DNA of 64,000 nt from a virus. A program made the position numbers and the translations under genes. Below, one piece after another: positions 14,889-24,323 of the stretch. The DNA lies in the IMG/VR virus record IMGVR_UViG_3300027741_000001, one strand, 5' to 3'. Position 1 is the stretch's first letter. Each line of letters begins with the position of its first letter. The notes below the pieces were generated by a model. That model saw only the letters and a list, made by a program, of their open reading frames with translations, had not been told where the DNA came from and made no database searches.

Positions 14889-16733
14889 CTATCGCCCTAT
14901 TCGCATACCTGCTTTGGTAAGAGCCTCTGCCCCTGCCTTACCAACAATTTCAGCAACTTCGGTAATCGCACCCTTGACTTTTACAAGCTGTGTGTCCGAA
15001 CCCTCAATAACAGCACTAGCATAAACACCCTGATCGTAAGTTATCCATAGGACACCCACCCCTGCTTGCTTACATCTTTGTAGCCAAGACTTACACGCTT
15101 TGATTTCCTCGTTGGTGTAGCAAGCGTCAGAAACGATTACTAGCAACCTCGCACTTGTTCCACCAAGTAAATCAAGTTGTCCGTTTAGTGCCTGAAATCC
15201 TAAGTCAAACTTTTCAGTTCCGTCTGGTGCTGTATAGACATTTACATCTTCCAAGTGTTGTCCTACACGCAAGGTTGGAAACACGCCTGAACCGAAATAG
15301 ACCATAGCAGTCTTAGCCTGAACACGCCTACCTGCCTCACTCAAAATCCAAGCTGTGCTTGCCATAGGTTTCATAGCAGAACCCATAGAACCTGAAACAT
15401 CTACCATAATCCCAATAGACAAGTTAGGTGTTTCGGTGTGCTTGCGAGTTTTGTGTCGCCAAGTTTCCACCTGCGACATAATGCCCTTAGACCTAAGAGC
15501 CTCACGCTGAACCATAGCCCTAGAACGCAACCTGCCCTGTGGCATAACCGAGTTGATTTTAGTTTCAGTTCTGTTTCTGTATTTAGCTTTCATAAACAAC
15601 TTAGCAATTAGAACAGCACTTGCTCTTTCAGCAGAAGTAGGCTTGCGAGTTTCCTCTAAGCGAGAACCTGAACCACCCGAACCAATAGTTTCTTTCTCAC
15701 CAAATACACGCTGACCAACTGCCTTGTGCTTGTTCTTTTCCTCTGTGGCGTTGCTCTTGCTCTTGGCTTTTTCTTTTGAGTGTTCGCCCTCTTGCTGATC
15801 GGCTAATTTGTCGTTAGCAGTCATTTCAGCGTTTTCTTTGGCGTTCTCAACTTCTTTCAGCATTTCCTCAATGGTCTTACTGCGACCCTTGCTTTTGCCC
15901 TCGCCCTCACCCTCGCCCTCACTTTCGCCCTCGCCCTCACCACTAGGGAACTCGCAACCACCTTGCGTATCGTCCTCGCCCTTTTCTTTGGCTCGTTCAG
16001 ATACAAGTCTGTCCCACTCAATAGCAAGAGGGTAAAGGTCAGTAGCGTTGTGGTGATTATCGTGAGCTTGTGCTTTTAGCCATAGTTCTCTCAACTTCTC
16101 AATAAAGTCAATGCCTAGTTTTGTTTCTAACATTTCAGCAATACCCTCAACATCACTTCTGTAAAGAATACCGGCATCTATTCTTGCCAAGACTAATCCT
16201 GCCAAGTGAGCCAATGCCCTAGTTTCAGACATTAGGGAAAGCGTATCAACATCACACTCGGCTAACACGATCTCTAAGGCACAAGAGGTTAGAAAATAAC
16301 GATTAGTTGGAATAGCCATAGCACCAAATCCCTCAATGCGACTTTCCTCTAACAAGTGGAGAGCTTTGTTTTGTCTAGGGGTCAAGTCCTTAGAACTTTG
16401 TTCCAATGACCAACGAGAGAACTTAGCGTGGCAAGCCTCGTGGTAGATAGCACCGATAGCCTTTGGAAACTCATACTGATTATTTTTGTCTGCCAAGTTA
16501 GGAATAAAACTTGGTGGAATAGTCCCAAAAGCAATTTCCGTATTTACTTCTATCTCTGACGAAATAGGGTTGTATAGAGCAGGAACGGGTGCGTTTAGTT
16601 TTGTTCCAACATAAGCGATCAAGTCAGTTCTGCCTGACCAAGTATTAGCAAGTTCGCCAATAGTTTTTCCAATAGGTAGCCACTCTTTCGGTGTAGCCTT
16701 TACACCATTTGAGTTAGTTCCGAAGTGCGACAT
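14889..16733 (-). CDS. vWA-domain protein with N-terminal HExxH region (CobT-like partner of AAA ATPase)
   Basis: HEACH and LEESRIE; EG-repeat linker; MIDAS DVSGSM...VIVSD. Confidence 0.85.
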   Translation of the reverse strand: MSHFGTNSNGVKATPKEWLPIGKTIGELANTWSGRTDLIAYVGTKLNAPVPALYNPISSEIEVNTEIAFGTIPPSFIPNLADKNNQYEFPKAIGAIYHEACHAKFSRWSLEQSSKDLTPRQNKALHLLEESRIEGFGAMAIPTNRYFLTSCALEIVLAECDVDTLSLMSETRALAHLAGLVLARIDAGILYRSDVEGIAEMLETKLGIDFIEKLRELWLKAQAHDNHHNATDLYPLAIEWDRLVSERAKEKGEDDTQGGCEFPSGEGEGESEGEGEGEGKSKGRSKTIEEMLKEVENAKENAEMTANDKLADQQEGEHSKEKAKSKSNATEEKNKHKAVGQRVFGEKETIGSGGSGSRLEETRKPTSAERASAVLIAKLFMKAKYRNRTETKINSVMPQGRLRSRAMVQREALRSKGIMSQVETWRHKTRKHTETPNLSIGIMVDVSGSMGSAMKPMASTAWILSEAGRRVQAKTAMVYFGSGVFPTLRVGQHLEDVNVYTAPDGTEKFDLGFQALNGQLDLLGGTSARLLVIVSDACYTNEEIKACKSWLQRCKQAGVGVLWITYDQGVYASAVIEGSDTQLVKVKGAITEVAEIVGKAGAEALTKAGMRIGR

Positions 16734-16860
16734 AAGATTTCCTTTCAGTTGTCGTATCTTGATTTTATAGAGTTGATCTTGTTTTTGTCAAGTTTTGATT
16801 TGAGGGTAGGTAGCCAACTATAACTACCTACCCTCGCCAAAAAGCTAGGGGACACAATGC

Positions 16861-17898
16861 CTAGATTTTGGCAGTCTTTACTTCCTCGCCATAAACCCTA
16901 GACAGAACTTCGGCAACGATAGGTCTATCCAATTCGGGTGCTGACGAGATTAGGTTGCTAACAGCCCACTTAGTTCCGAACACCTTTTCCAAATCCCTAA
17001 ACGCAAGTAGTTCTCGCATTTGAGGACACCAAGAAACTTCGCCAGACATAAACTTCTTAGCTAGATTTTGACTTGCTGTTGTGATAATGGCAGGGACACC
17101 CAACTTCTTAGCAAGAACCCAGTCAGTAGTGATTTCCACTTGTGCTGTAAATCGTGAGAGCAACGCCTCTGATAGAACAACACCGACAGCATTAGGGTTA
17201 GTAGCCCCGACAACATAAAATCCGTCTTTGGCTTTGATAGTGCCTCTTTCGGGATTTTGAGTAATTGGCAATTCTCGTCTGCCGTCCATTAGACCATAGA
17301 CAACTGATAGAACTTTCGGGTCAATAAGTCCGATCTCGTCAATAAATAAGACCTCACCTCGTTCAGCAGACTTGACTAATGCCCCGTCTATCCAGTCAAA
17401 AGAGCCACTAGGAGTTTGGACATAGCCACCTACCAAGTCAGAAACTTCGGTATCGCCAGAACCTAGAATTGTGTGAAGTTCCTCACCAAAAGTAGCCTCA
17501 ACGAGAGCAGTTTTTCCTGTTCCCGGACTGCCATAAAATAGTGCGAATTGGTTGATAGAACGGAGTTGTTTTAGAACAGCAGTATCTTTGTGTTCGCCCC
17601 AATTACGAGTGTAGTAAAGCTCACCATTAGGTCTTGCTAGTGCCTCGTCAGCAGATAGAGTTTCAGCCACTTTTTCTTTTACTTTCTTTTTAGTTGTTTC
17701 AGCAGACCCACGCATAGTAAGCCCACCAGATTTGGATAGGTTGTTTTTCATAGTTGTTGCGAAGTCAGCATTTACAGCTTGCGAGCCGACAGCGATCAGT
17801 AATTCAGGCAACTTAGAGGATAGACCCTCTAAATCGTTTATCCTTGTTAGTGCTGTTGTTTCTTGTTCGGATAATGTAGCACTTATGTTTATAGTCAT
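16861..17898 (-). CDS. MoxR/CbbQ/NirQ-type AAA+ ATPase (CobS-like)
   Basis: GSPGTGKT Walker A, LFIDEI Walker B, ATNP, ALLSRF; adjacent vWA gene. Confidence 0.9.
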   Translation of the reverse strand: MTINISATLSEQETTALTRINDLEGLSSKLPELLIAVGSQAVNADFATTMKNNLSKSGGLTMRGSAETTKKKVKEKVAETLSADEALARPNGELYYTRNWGEHKDTAVLKQLRSINQFALFYGSPGTGKTALVEATFGEELHTILGSGDTEVSDLVGGYVQTPSGSFDWIDGALVKSAERGEVLFIDEIGLIDPKVLSVVYGLMDGRRELPITQNPERGTIKAKDGFYVVGATNPNAVGVVLSEALLSRFTAQVEITTDWVLAKKLGVPAIITTASQNLAKKFMSGEVSWCPQMRELLAFRDLEKVFGTKWAVSNLISSAPELDRPIVAEVLSRVYGEEVKTAKI

Positions 17899-17930
17899 TT
17901 GTTTTGTGTCCTTTCGGGGTTGTAATAAGA

Positions 17931-18458
17931 CTATACAGCAGGGGTAGGGGTTAGGTCAAATAATTCGTCAGGAAATCCGAGAGCTTTACGAGAACGCATA
18001 ATTCTACGAATAAGAGCATTAGGAGTGTTCCAGTCCCTAGTGTCCTCTAAGTCCTCTTGTGAGAACTCAATGACAATAGGTTCTTTGTAAAGTTCCCATT
18101 TCTGATCAACGAGGCTATGGAAAGTTCTGTCCATAAATACAAGACCACCGACAGCATACTTCTTTGCTAAATCGTGATCTAGCGTTTCAGCAGAACCACC
18201 ATTAGCAGTTCTAGTTTCTTTTCTCTCATTTACAACTTTCCACTCTTGCGAGTAAGCTCGCCAAGGTCTGCGAGGTGAGTATGCCGATACTTGCCTACGC
18301 CAGATAGTAGAGGGAACATAAATAGGGGTAGTGCTGTCGTTCTTATCTACCGACATACTTTCAGGCGTGTAGATAACTTGTAGTGTGTGTCCGTCTTTGC
18401 GAAACTCTGTGTATAGGGCATAACCTACCGAGATGTTTGCTTTGTTTGTTTCAGCCAT
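17931..18458 (-). CDS. Hypothetical protein
   Basis: Own promoter (18524), GAAAGGACAC RBS. Confidence 0.75.
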   Translation of the reverse strand: MAETNKANISVGYALYTEFRKDGHTLQVIYTPESMSVDKNDSTTPIYVPSTIWRRQVSAYSPRRPWRAYSQEWKVVNERKETRTANGGSAETLDHDLAKKYAVGGLVFMDRTFHSLVDQKWELYKEPIVIEFSQEDLEDTRDWNTPNALIRRIMRSRKALGFPDELFDLTPTPAV

Positions 18459-18545
18459 TTTTTGTGTCCTTTCAGGGTTGATTTCGGCTTACTTAGAAAG
18501 TCTAAGTCTTTTGTTAGAAGTTTGTCAAGTTTCTATAAAAGTTTT

Positions 18546-19079
18546 TTAGAAGTGGAAATCCACTAAAACTAGGAACTGATTTTCAGGGTTAGCGTCTATA
18601 CGCTTACGGAACTCCGACAAGTTGGTATCCCACATTTCCAGATCGTAAATAGCACTATCAGATACCCACTCACCATTTAGAAGTTCAGATAGTTTCTTAG
18701 CGTAATAGAGAGGCATACTTTCAGGAACAGACCAGTCTGCCTCGTGGTCGTAGTTGTGGCTGAACAAGATGTCCTGCTTGCCCTCGTTATAGAGCTTTTG
18801 TCTGTAATTGTCTATGTCTGCGTATCTGTGTTTTAGATAGATAGCAATAGCTTTTTCAGCAGTTTCAGGATCATCTGAATACCGGAGTGTGTCAAGCTCG
18901 GCTTTTTCGCCAAATACATTTTCACTTTCCCAGCGACCAGCGAAAGATACCTCTGAATTAGATGAAACTTCGTTCCAGTCAGACCACTTTGGTTCTCCGT
19001 CGCTGAACTTGTCGGCTACTATTCCTCTTGCCTGTTCGTGAGTGTCTGCCACAACTAGCATTATTTGTGAAGTGTGAAT
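18546..19079 (-). CDS. Hypothetical phage protein, probable ATT start
   Basis: ORF track starts at 19061; in-frame ATT at 19079 lies 7 nt after GGAAGGA; ends LVDFHF. Confidence 0.7.
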   Translation of the reverse strand: MHTSQIMLVVADTHEQARGIVADKFSDGEPKWSDWNEVSSNSEVSFAGRWESENVFGEKAELDTLRYSDDPETAEKAIAIYLKHRYADIDNYRQKLYNEGKQDILFSHNYDHEADWSVPESMPLYYAKKLSELLNGEWVSDSAIYDLEMWDTNLSEFRKRIDANPENQFLVLVDFHF

Positions 19080-19125
19080 TTTAGTGTCCTTCCGTCTTTG
19101 TAGTTCTATTGTATAACTTTTATTT

Positions 19126-19788
19126 CTATTCCGTCAAGCTGTGGAGTGTATTTCCTTGATCCTCTAAGTATTGTCTCAGACTGACCCCTGCTGACCACCC
19201 CCTAGATGTCGGTTCAATAAAAACTATGTCGTTGGCAAATCCATTTTTGCCCCAACGCCACTCACCATTTATGTATTGTAGCTGTCCAGCATAGATGTAT
19301 CCGTTTAGTAGGTCTAGGTCTAGGATTAGTTGCGCTCTTTTTATTCCTGTTATAGCCATTAGCCCCACCACTCGGCTAACGGATTATGAGTTCTCAATGC
19401 CTCTAAATACATCTCGTCGGTTTCAGGTGAAATGTAAAGTTGTATCTCTACCGGAAAAGTTGGTTTTCCTTGTATAAGCATTTGCCATTTACCATTTACA
19501 AATCCGTATTCCCTATGACGAATTCTGTATTCCAGTTCTATCTCGGTTTCTTTTCTTATGGTTGGTCGCATCATTTTAGAAATCTTCCGATAGAGGTCGG
19601 CAGTGCTTGTCTAGCCAATTTCTATAACGCACTTCATCAGCAGGATCCTCAACGATAGTAATTTCTATCCCAAAAAGAGGTCTGCGCTTGTGTATGTAGT
19701 GCCACTTACCATTTACAAATCCAAAGTTTGCTACGAGTGTGTGATACTCCAAGCTAGACGGTGTTTCATTTCTATTTCTTATATCCAT
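19126..19788 (-). CDS. Three tandem small paralog-like genes (19126..19371, 19359..19574, 19576..19788)
   Basis: Shared GFVNGKW / QYINGEW motif. Confidence 0.55.
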
Positions 19789-19819
19789 ACCTAAATGGTA
19801 CAGGTTATATAAAAGAAAA

Positions 19820-20065
19820 TCAAGCCACAAAGCCGGGTGAAAGAACCGGTGAAACGCAACCGTCGCACAGCAGGAACTCAATGTCCTCGTCGCTGTCGTC
19901 GGTTGATAAAACGATCACGCAAGGATAGAAACCGTTAGGTGTATAGGCGATCGGTTCGTCGCAGTTTTCGCAGACCTCGAATACGCCGAACGTAGTTAGC
20001 CCAAACTCCTCGGCTTGGACAGCGTCGTGTTCGTTGTTCATAACGTGTAGCTCTATGTGTTGCAT
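19820..20065 (-). CDS. Acidic Zn-finger protein
   Basis: CENC...CDGC; GGAG RBS. Confidence 0.65.
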   Translation of the reverse strand: MQHIELHVMNNEHDAVQAEEFGLTTFGVFEVCENCDEPIAYTPNGFYPCVIVLSTDDSDEDIEFLLCDGCVSPVLSPGFVA

Positions 20066-20123
20066 TTGGTCTCCGTTTCAGGTCTAATGCCATTTTACGG
20101 GACGTTCTTAATAGGTGATTTGG

Positions 20124-20357
20124 CTACTCCCAGTGTTCGAGACACTGCCTTTGTTCTTCCTCACTTTCGAAGATACGGATTACGTGAATACAAGGGTCTC
20201 CACCCTCGTCAAACTCGTTCTGTTCGGTTGCAGTCATAGGTGTTCCGTCGTGTGTGTTGCACACAACTTGTGGAATAATCCAGCCTTGTTTCTTTCCATA
20301 GTCCAGCCACTCGGCTAGGTCGGAGTTGCGTTCAGGGTCTTTTATAAAATCAGTCAT
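20124..20357 (-). CDS. Hypothetical actinophage protein
   Basis: VCNTHDG.PMT..E..EFDEGGDPCIHVIRI motif. Confidence 0.7.
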   Translation of the reverse strand: MTDFIKDPERNSDLAEWLDYGKKQGWIIPQVVCNTHDGTPMTATEQNEFDEGGDPCIHVIRIFESEEEQRQCLEHWE

Positions 20358-20747
20358 AGCTTTACTTTACTTTCTCTAAACAGACAGTGCAAATTTTTTC
20401 TAGACAAAAACCCTCGTTGTCGGTGTTGCACTCATAGTTGCACTCAAGGCTTGATTTATGTAGATATCTTTTGAATTGATGTAGGCAGTCCAAGTCTCTG
20501 GTCAAGTCAAACTTGAACCCCATTGAACTTGCTCTAATGATGTCGGGAGTATTCATATGTATATCGTATCGGTTTAATTGAAAAAGTCAAGAAGAATTTT
20601 TGCCATCGGCTGTGGAGCTAACTTCTGATGAGTTTCGTTGGAAGTTTGAGGATGCGAAAGCTTCCAGGCGGCGGGAACTTCAAATGAGGTTCGTTGGAAG
20701 TTTTTGCCTGGAAAGCTACTTTCAGATTTATTCCCGGTTTGGCAAAA

Positions 20748-20779
20748 AAAAATCCCCGCTGTTTAGGCGGGGAATTTTT
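20748..20779. terminator. Intrinsic terminator (likely bidirectional)
   Basis: A-tract, TCCCCGC/GCGGGGA stem, T-tract. Confidence 0.75.
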
Positions 20780-21533
20780 AGTCGAGTTCTGTCATATACC
20801 AATGTCGAAAAGCTATTGCTGTTCTTCTGTCTGCAGACGTCCATCGGTTTCTTATCCACTCGTCGTCAAACAACTCTGATGGTTTGTGAGGTTGTCTGAC
20901 TCTAGTGTTTGCGTCTTTTAGATAGTCAATGCAATAGTATGGCGATTTGTGTTGGAATGCTATCCACTCGCCCAAATGTTCAATGATGAAATATTGGCAT
21001 GTGTCGCAAACTTTTAGTTCCCACTGTTTGTCATTGCCTATACGCATTAGTTTTCCTCTTTGAAAATCCAATTGTTTTCAAAATCATGTCTGACATTTTC
21101 GTGGTCTTCGGCGCAACTAATGCACCACCACTCTCTATATCCGTTAGACACATAATCAACGCATTCGCTGGCTAGTCCGTCTCCACACCCCTCGCAAGTG
21201 AAGCAGTTTGACCCGTTCATACAGTCAGAACATTGATAATACTGTTTGTCTCCGGTTATAAACATTGAGGCTGCCCCGATGTTGGAGATTAGTTCGGGAC
21301 AGGAGTAGCATTGCTTACTCATCGTAGTAGCCTTCCTCGTCAGCCTCTTCGTCGAGGTCTTGACAACAACTCATACACAATCCGTGTTCGAGCATTTCTT
21401 CTGGGGTTTCAGTAGAGCAGTCTCTGCATGTGTTCTCGCAGTTTGTGCAGGCGGTTAGCTCGCCTAGTTCAGTAAAGATCATAGACGTCGGTTGCCATAT
21501 CAGGCACCTCGTGCATTTTAGATTTTCTTCCAT
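20778..21533 (-). CDS. Three small Cys-rich Zn-finger genes (20778..~21047, 21047..21322, 21315..21533)
   Basis: Multiple CxxC pairs; overlapping stop/start; promoter near 21565. Confidence 0.6.
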
Positions 21534-21574
21534 ATAAGTAAGTTATCACCTTATATAAAAGAATGCAAGTTTAT

Positions 21575-22357
21575 TTATGGAATTACTGTAAAAAAGTTTC
21601 CGGTCTCTAAAGCGAGACGTTCGAGGCTTGGAAAGTCTGGAATGCCGGTTACGCTGCTTCCGATGTATCCGATTCTTCGTTGGAAGTTTGCGAAGGCTGC
21701 AGTCGTTTTGTGGTCCCACTCTCCTCGCTTAGCTCCGCGCAAACCAACGGTCATACCGAGTGCAAGTTGGATAGTTGTTACGTACGGGTGCTTGAGTCCT
21801 GGAATGATGACTGAACTTTTAACGAACGGCTTCGTTGGAAGTTTACCTGGGTCCGGATCGCTCCTCTCCTCCTGCTTCGAAAATGTTCGTGAGAAGTTTG
21901 GCCGCGCGAAGGCAAGCACGTCGTAAACATATCGGTTTCGTCTGTAGACGCCATCATTGGCCTGGCTGCCTTTTGGAGTTCCGTTGGAGGTTTGAGCTTC
22001 GATCGTCTGAAACATCCCGTGCTTTAAAAAGTGCTCGACGTCAGTGACGATTCCTACGTGAGGCATACCCAGATCTCCTCCGTTGGAAAAGCTGAAGAAG
22101 ACAATGTCGCCTGTTTTTGGTCGAACGTGCGTCATCCCTCGTTGGAAGTAGTAGCTCAGAGCTGCAGCTGTGTGCACATGGGATGGCAAGTTCAAACGAA
22201 CGGTTCGTGCGATCACGTCGATGAAGCTGCCGTTCCAATCCTTGTCTGGGTACCCAACCAGTTCTCCGTACGTTGAACCTTTGTTCATACGTGCTTGATA
22301 CCCAACGTGGTTACCAGCTTCCCTAAGGAATGCTTCGCGGTTCGCTCTCGTCATCAA
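21575..22357 (-). CDS. CHAP-like domain plus C-terminal peptidoglycan-binding domain
   Basis: YG...W(N)GSF...PKTGDIVFF...HVGIV...TIEA; IQLAL...AFANFQRRIG...TGIP. Confidence 0.75.
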   Translation of the reverse strand: MMTRANREAFLREAGNHVGYQARMNKGSTYGELVGYPDKDWNGSFIDVIARTVRLNLPSHVHTAAALSYYFQRGMTHVRPKTGDIVFFSFSNGGDLGMPHVGIVTDVEHFLKHGMFQTIEAQTSNGTPKGSQANDGVYRRNRYVYDVLAFARPNFSRTFSKQEERSDPDPGKLPTKPFVKSSVIIPGLKHPYVTTIQLALGMTVGLRGAKRGEWDHKTTAAFANFQRRIGYIGSSVTGIPDFPSLERLALETGNFFTVIP

Positions 22358-22529
22358 TCTCTCCGGTCGTTAGAAGTTTCTCCAGGGCCTGCAGCAGCAA
22401 AGCTGCTTCGTTGGCTCTGGCTGTAAGTCTTATATGTTCTAGTCTAGTGGACGCCTGGTTAACGTCTGCAGCAAGCTGGGATGCGAGTTCACGTGCGTTC
22501 GTTAGAAGTTGCGGATCCGAGCTATGCAT
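22323..22529 (-). CDS. Hypothetical protein
   Basis: ORF track, GGAGGA RBS. Confidence 0.6.
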   Translation of the reverse strand: MHSSDPQLLTNARELASQLAADVNQASTRLEHIRLTARANEAALLLQALEKLLTTGEIDDESEPRSIP

Positions 22530-22534
22530 GTCGG

Positions 22535-23560
22535 TTAGTCCTCCTGGATTTCTGCGTCGATGACGTCTTCGTTGGAAGTTGTAGATCCGGCAGCGGGTGC
22601 AGCTGCAGCTTCCTGGTTCGGATCAACTTCGTTGGAAGTTACCAGGATGCCTGCCTCACTGAGCTTAGACGCAGCTTCAATTGCGTTCGTTGCAAGTCGG
22701 TTCAGACGTTCAGCAATGATGCTTGCGGCCGGACGAACATCTAATGAGATGTTGGTATCAATTTCCATTCCTCCACGTACTCCGGCTCGGTCAAGAATTT
22801 CGGTGGCGGCTTTAAGCTTTACCGGTTCACTCTCAGCGAACTCCATCATTTGTTCTAGAACGTCGACGGCGTAAGGAGCTGCCTGGAATAACTTCTGACG
22901 AGCTCGTTCGATGTCATCGCCTGGACGATGCTTCACTGACCTGAGGTGGATGCGGCAAAGTCCGTCATCTTGTAGACGTCCTGAAGACCAGAGCTGGCAG
23001 CGGATCCCATCATCCTTTACGTTGGAACATCTCGTTGGAAGTGCGGCCGGCTTTCTCTTTCCAGACGTAGGCGGGCTGGATTGTTCTTTTATATAAGCAC
23101 GGGTTGCGCCGATGACCCAAGGTGGGCAGATGTAGTCGGAAGCTTCTTCAGCGATGAGATCGAGGCCCGTTAGATAATCTGAGTTTTTGTTCGTTGGATC
23201 TGACAGGATGGGTTTCTTTTCAGCAAGAGAGAGGATACGTTTCTCGGTTGCCATTTCTGATGAGATAGCTTGGATCAATCCCGTTGGAACTCCGTTGGAT
23301 GCGTAGACCGGTATCCAGTTGAACTTCGCACGACGTAGGAGTTGTCGGTTTTCAAACGTATCTTCGCAGACGCCGCGGTCGCTCTCTTCAATGCCGAGGA
23401 GTGAAAGGTCTGGACGTAGGTTTAAAGGTTCATTGATTTCTATAATAGGAGCTTCGAGCTCTGGAGTTTCGAAAGGATCTGAAGGGATGGCCTTAACTTC
23501 CAATGGACGTTCATTAGAAGTTGAGGATCCGGATCCTAGATCCGAGCTATCGTCTGTCAT
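22535..23560 (-). CDS. Putative terminase small subunit-like DNA-binding protein
   Basis: RC...DGIRC...LCRIH Zn motif followed by A..VL..MM...SEPVKLKAATEILDRAG helical motif typical of TerS-like proteins. Confidence 0.55.
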   Translation of the reverse strand: MTDDSSDLGSGSSTSNERPLEVKAIPSDPFETPELEAPIIEINEPLNLRPDLSLLGIEESDRGVCEDTFENRQLLRRAKFNWIPVYASNGVPTGLIQAISSEMATEKRILSLAEKKPILSDPTNKNSDYLTGLDLIAEEASDYICPPWVIGATRAYIKEQSSPPTSGKRKPAALPTRCSNVKDDGIRCQLWSSGRLQDDGLCRIHLRSVKHRPGDDIERARQKLFQAAPYAVDVLEQMMEFAESEPVKLKAATEILDRAGVRGGMEIDTNISLDVRPAASIIAERLNRLATNAIEAASKLSEAGILVTSNEVDPNQEAAAAPAAGSTTSNEDVIDAEIQED

Positions 23561-23852
23561 ATGTTCCTTCGTTCGAAGTTTGGATCGGATGGAGTCAACC
23601 GGGGAGAGGCTCGTGACTCCACCCGACCTCTTTTGCGTTTGTTTTTGTAAACGCTAGTAAGGGGAGCCTCTTCCGCAACCTCTTTTATATAAGGTTGATA
23701 GTTCTCATTATGGGGGTAGTTTGAAAAGTTTTTTAGGCGTGAGGTGTGAGAACGCTACTCTTTCTGGTTTAGAAACAAAAAAATCCCCCCGAAACCATAA
23801 GGCTTGTAGGGGGGACTAAGTAAAGTTTTGAAGTTTTACTTTTTAAAATAAA

Positions 23853-24323
23853 CTACTTGGCAAATTTGCCTCTGCTGTCTTTTTTCTGTACCAAGGCTCT
23901 TTCACGAAGTTTTTGGTTTCTTTCTTCGTTTTTGTAGAAAGGCTCACGATATGAAAGCTCGGCCACTTCATCTCTGTGAACTAAATAGTATTTATCATTA
24001 CCTAGAACATAATACTTTTGTAGTCGTCCTTGATTGATGTGGTAATTTAATGCTCTTCGATTTAGGTAAAGCATTTCAGCAGCTTCATCCAAAGTAACCA
24101 AATCAGGGTGAACTTCTAAAACACGGTCTAGCCATTTAGACGCTAGCCGAGCTTCATTGAGATCGACCAGAAAGTTCCAACCATTTGGGTTTTGATATCT
24201 TTTTAGTCTGCCTTTTTTAATCCAGTAGTGAACCATACCGACAGTAACGTAAAGAGCTTTACCTGCTTCTTTTGCAGTTACCAACTCTACTTCTTTTTCT
24301 TGCAATTGCATATCTCCCAGCAT
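23853..24323 (-). CDS. Tandem MerR/excisionase-like HTH protein
   Basis: Two LVT..EA...L.V....V..WI..GRL repeats. Confidence 0.8.
   Translation of the reverse strand: MLGDMQLQEKEVELVTAKEAGKALYVTVGMVHYWIKKGRLKRYQNPNGWNFLVDLNEARLASKWLDRVLEVHPDLVTLDEAAEMLYLNRRALNYHINQGRLQKYYVLGNDKYYLVHRDEVAELSYREPFYKNEERNQKLRERALVQKKDSRGKFAK

Noticed and set aside
14889-17898. Cobalamin biosynthesis (true cobS/cobT)
   Set aside because: No other cob genes; only generic AAA and vWA motifs are supported
831-23657. Numerous + strand ORFs antisense to minus-strand genes
   Set aside because: Shadow ORFs; promoters, RBSs and protein motifs all support the minus strand
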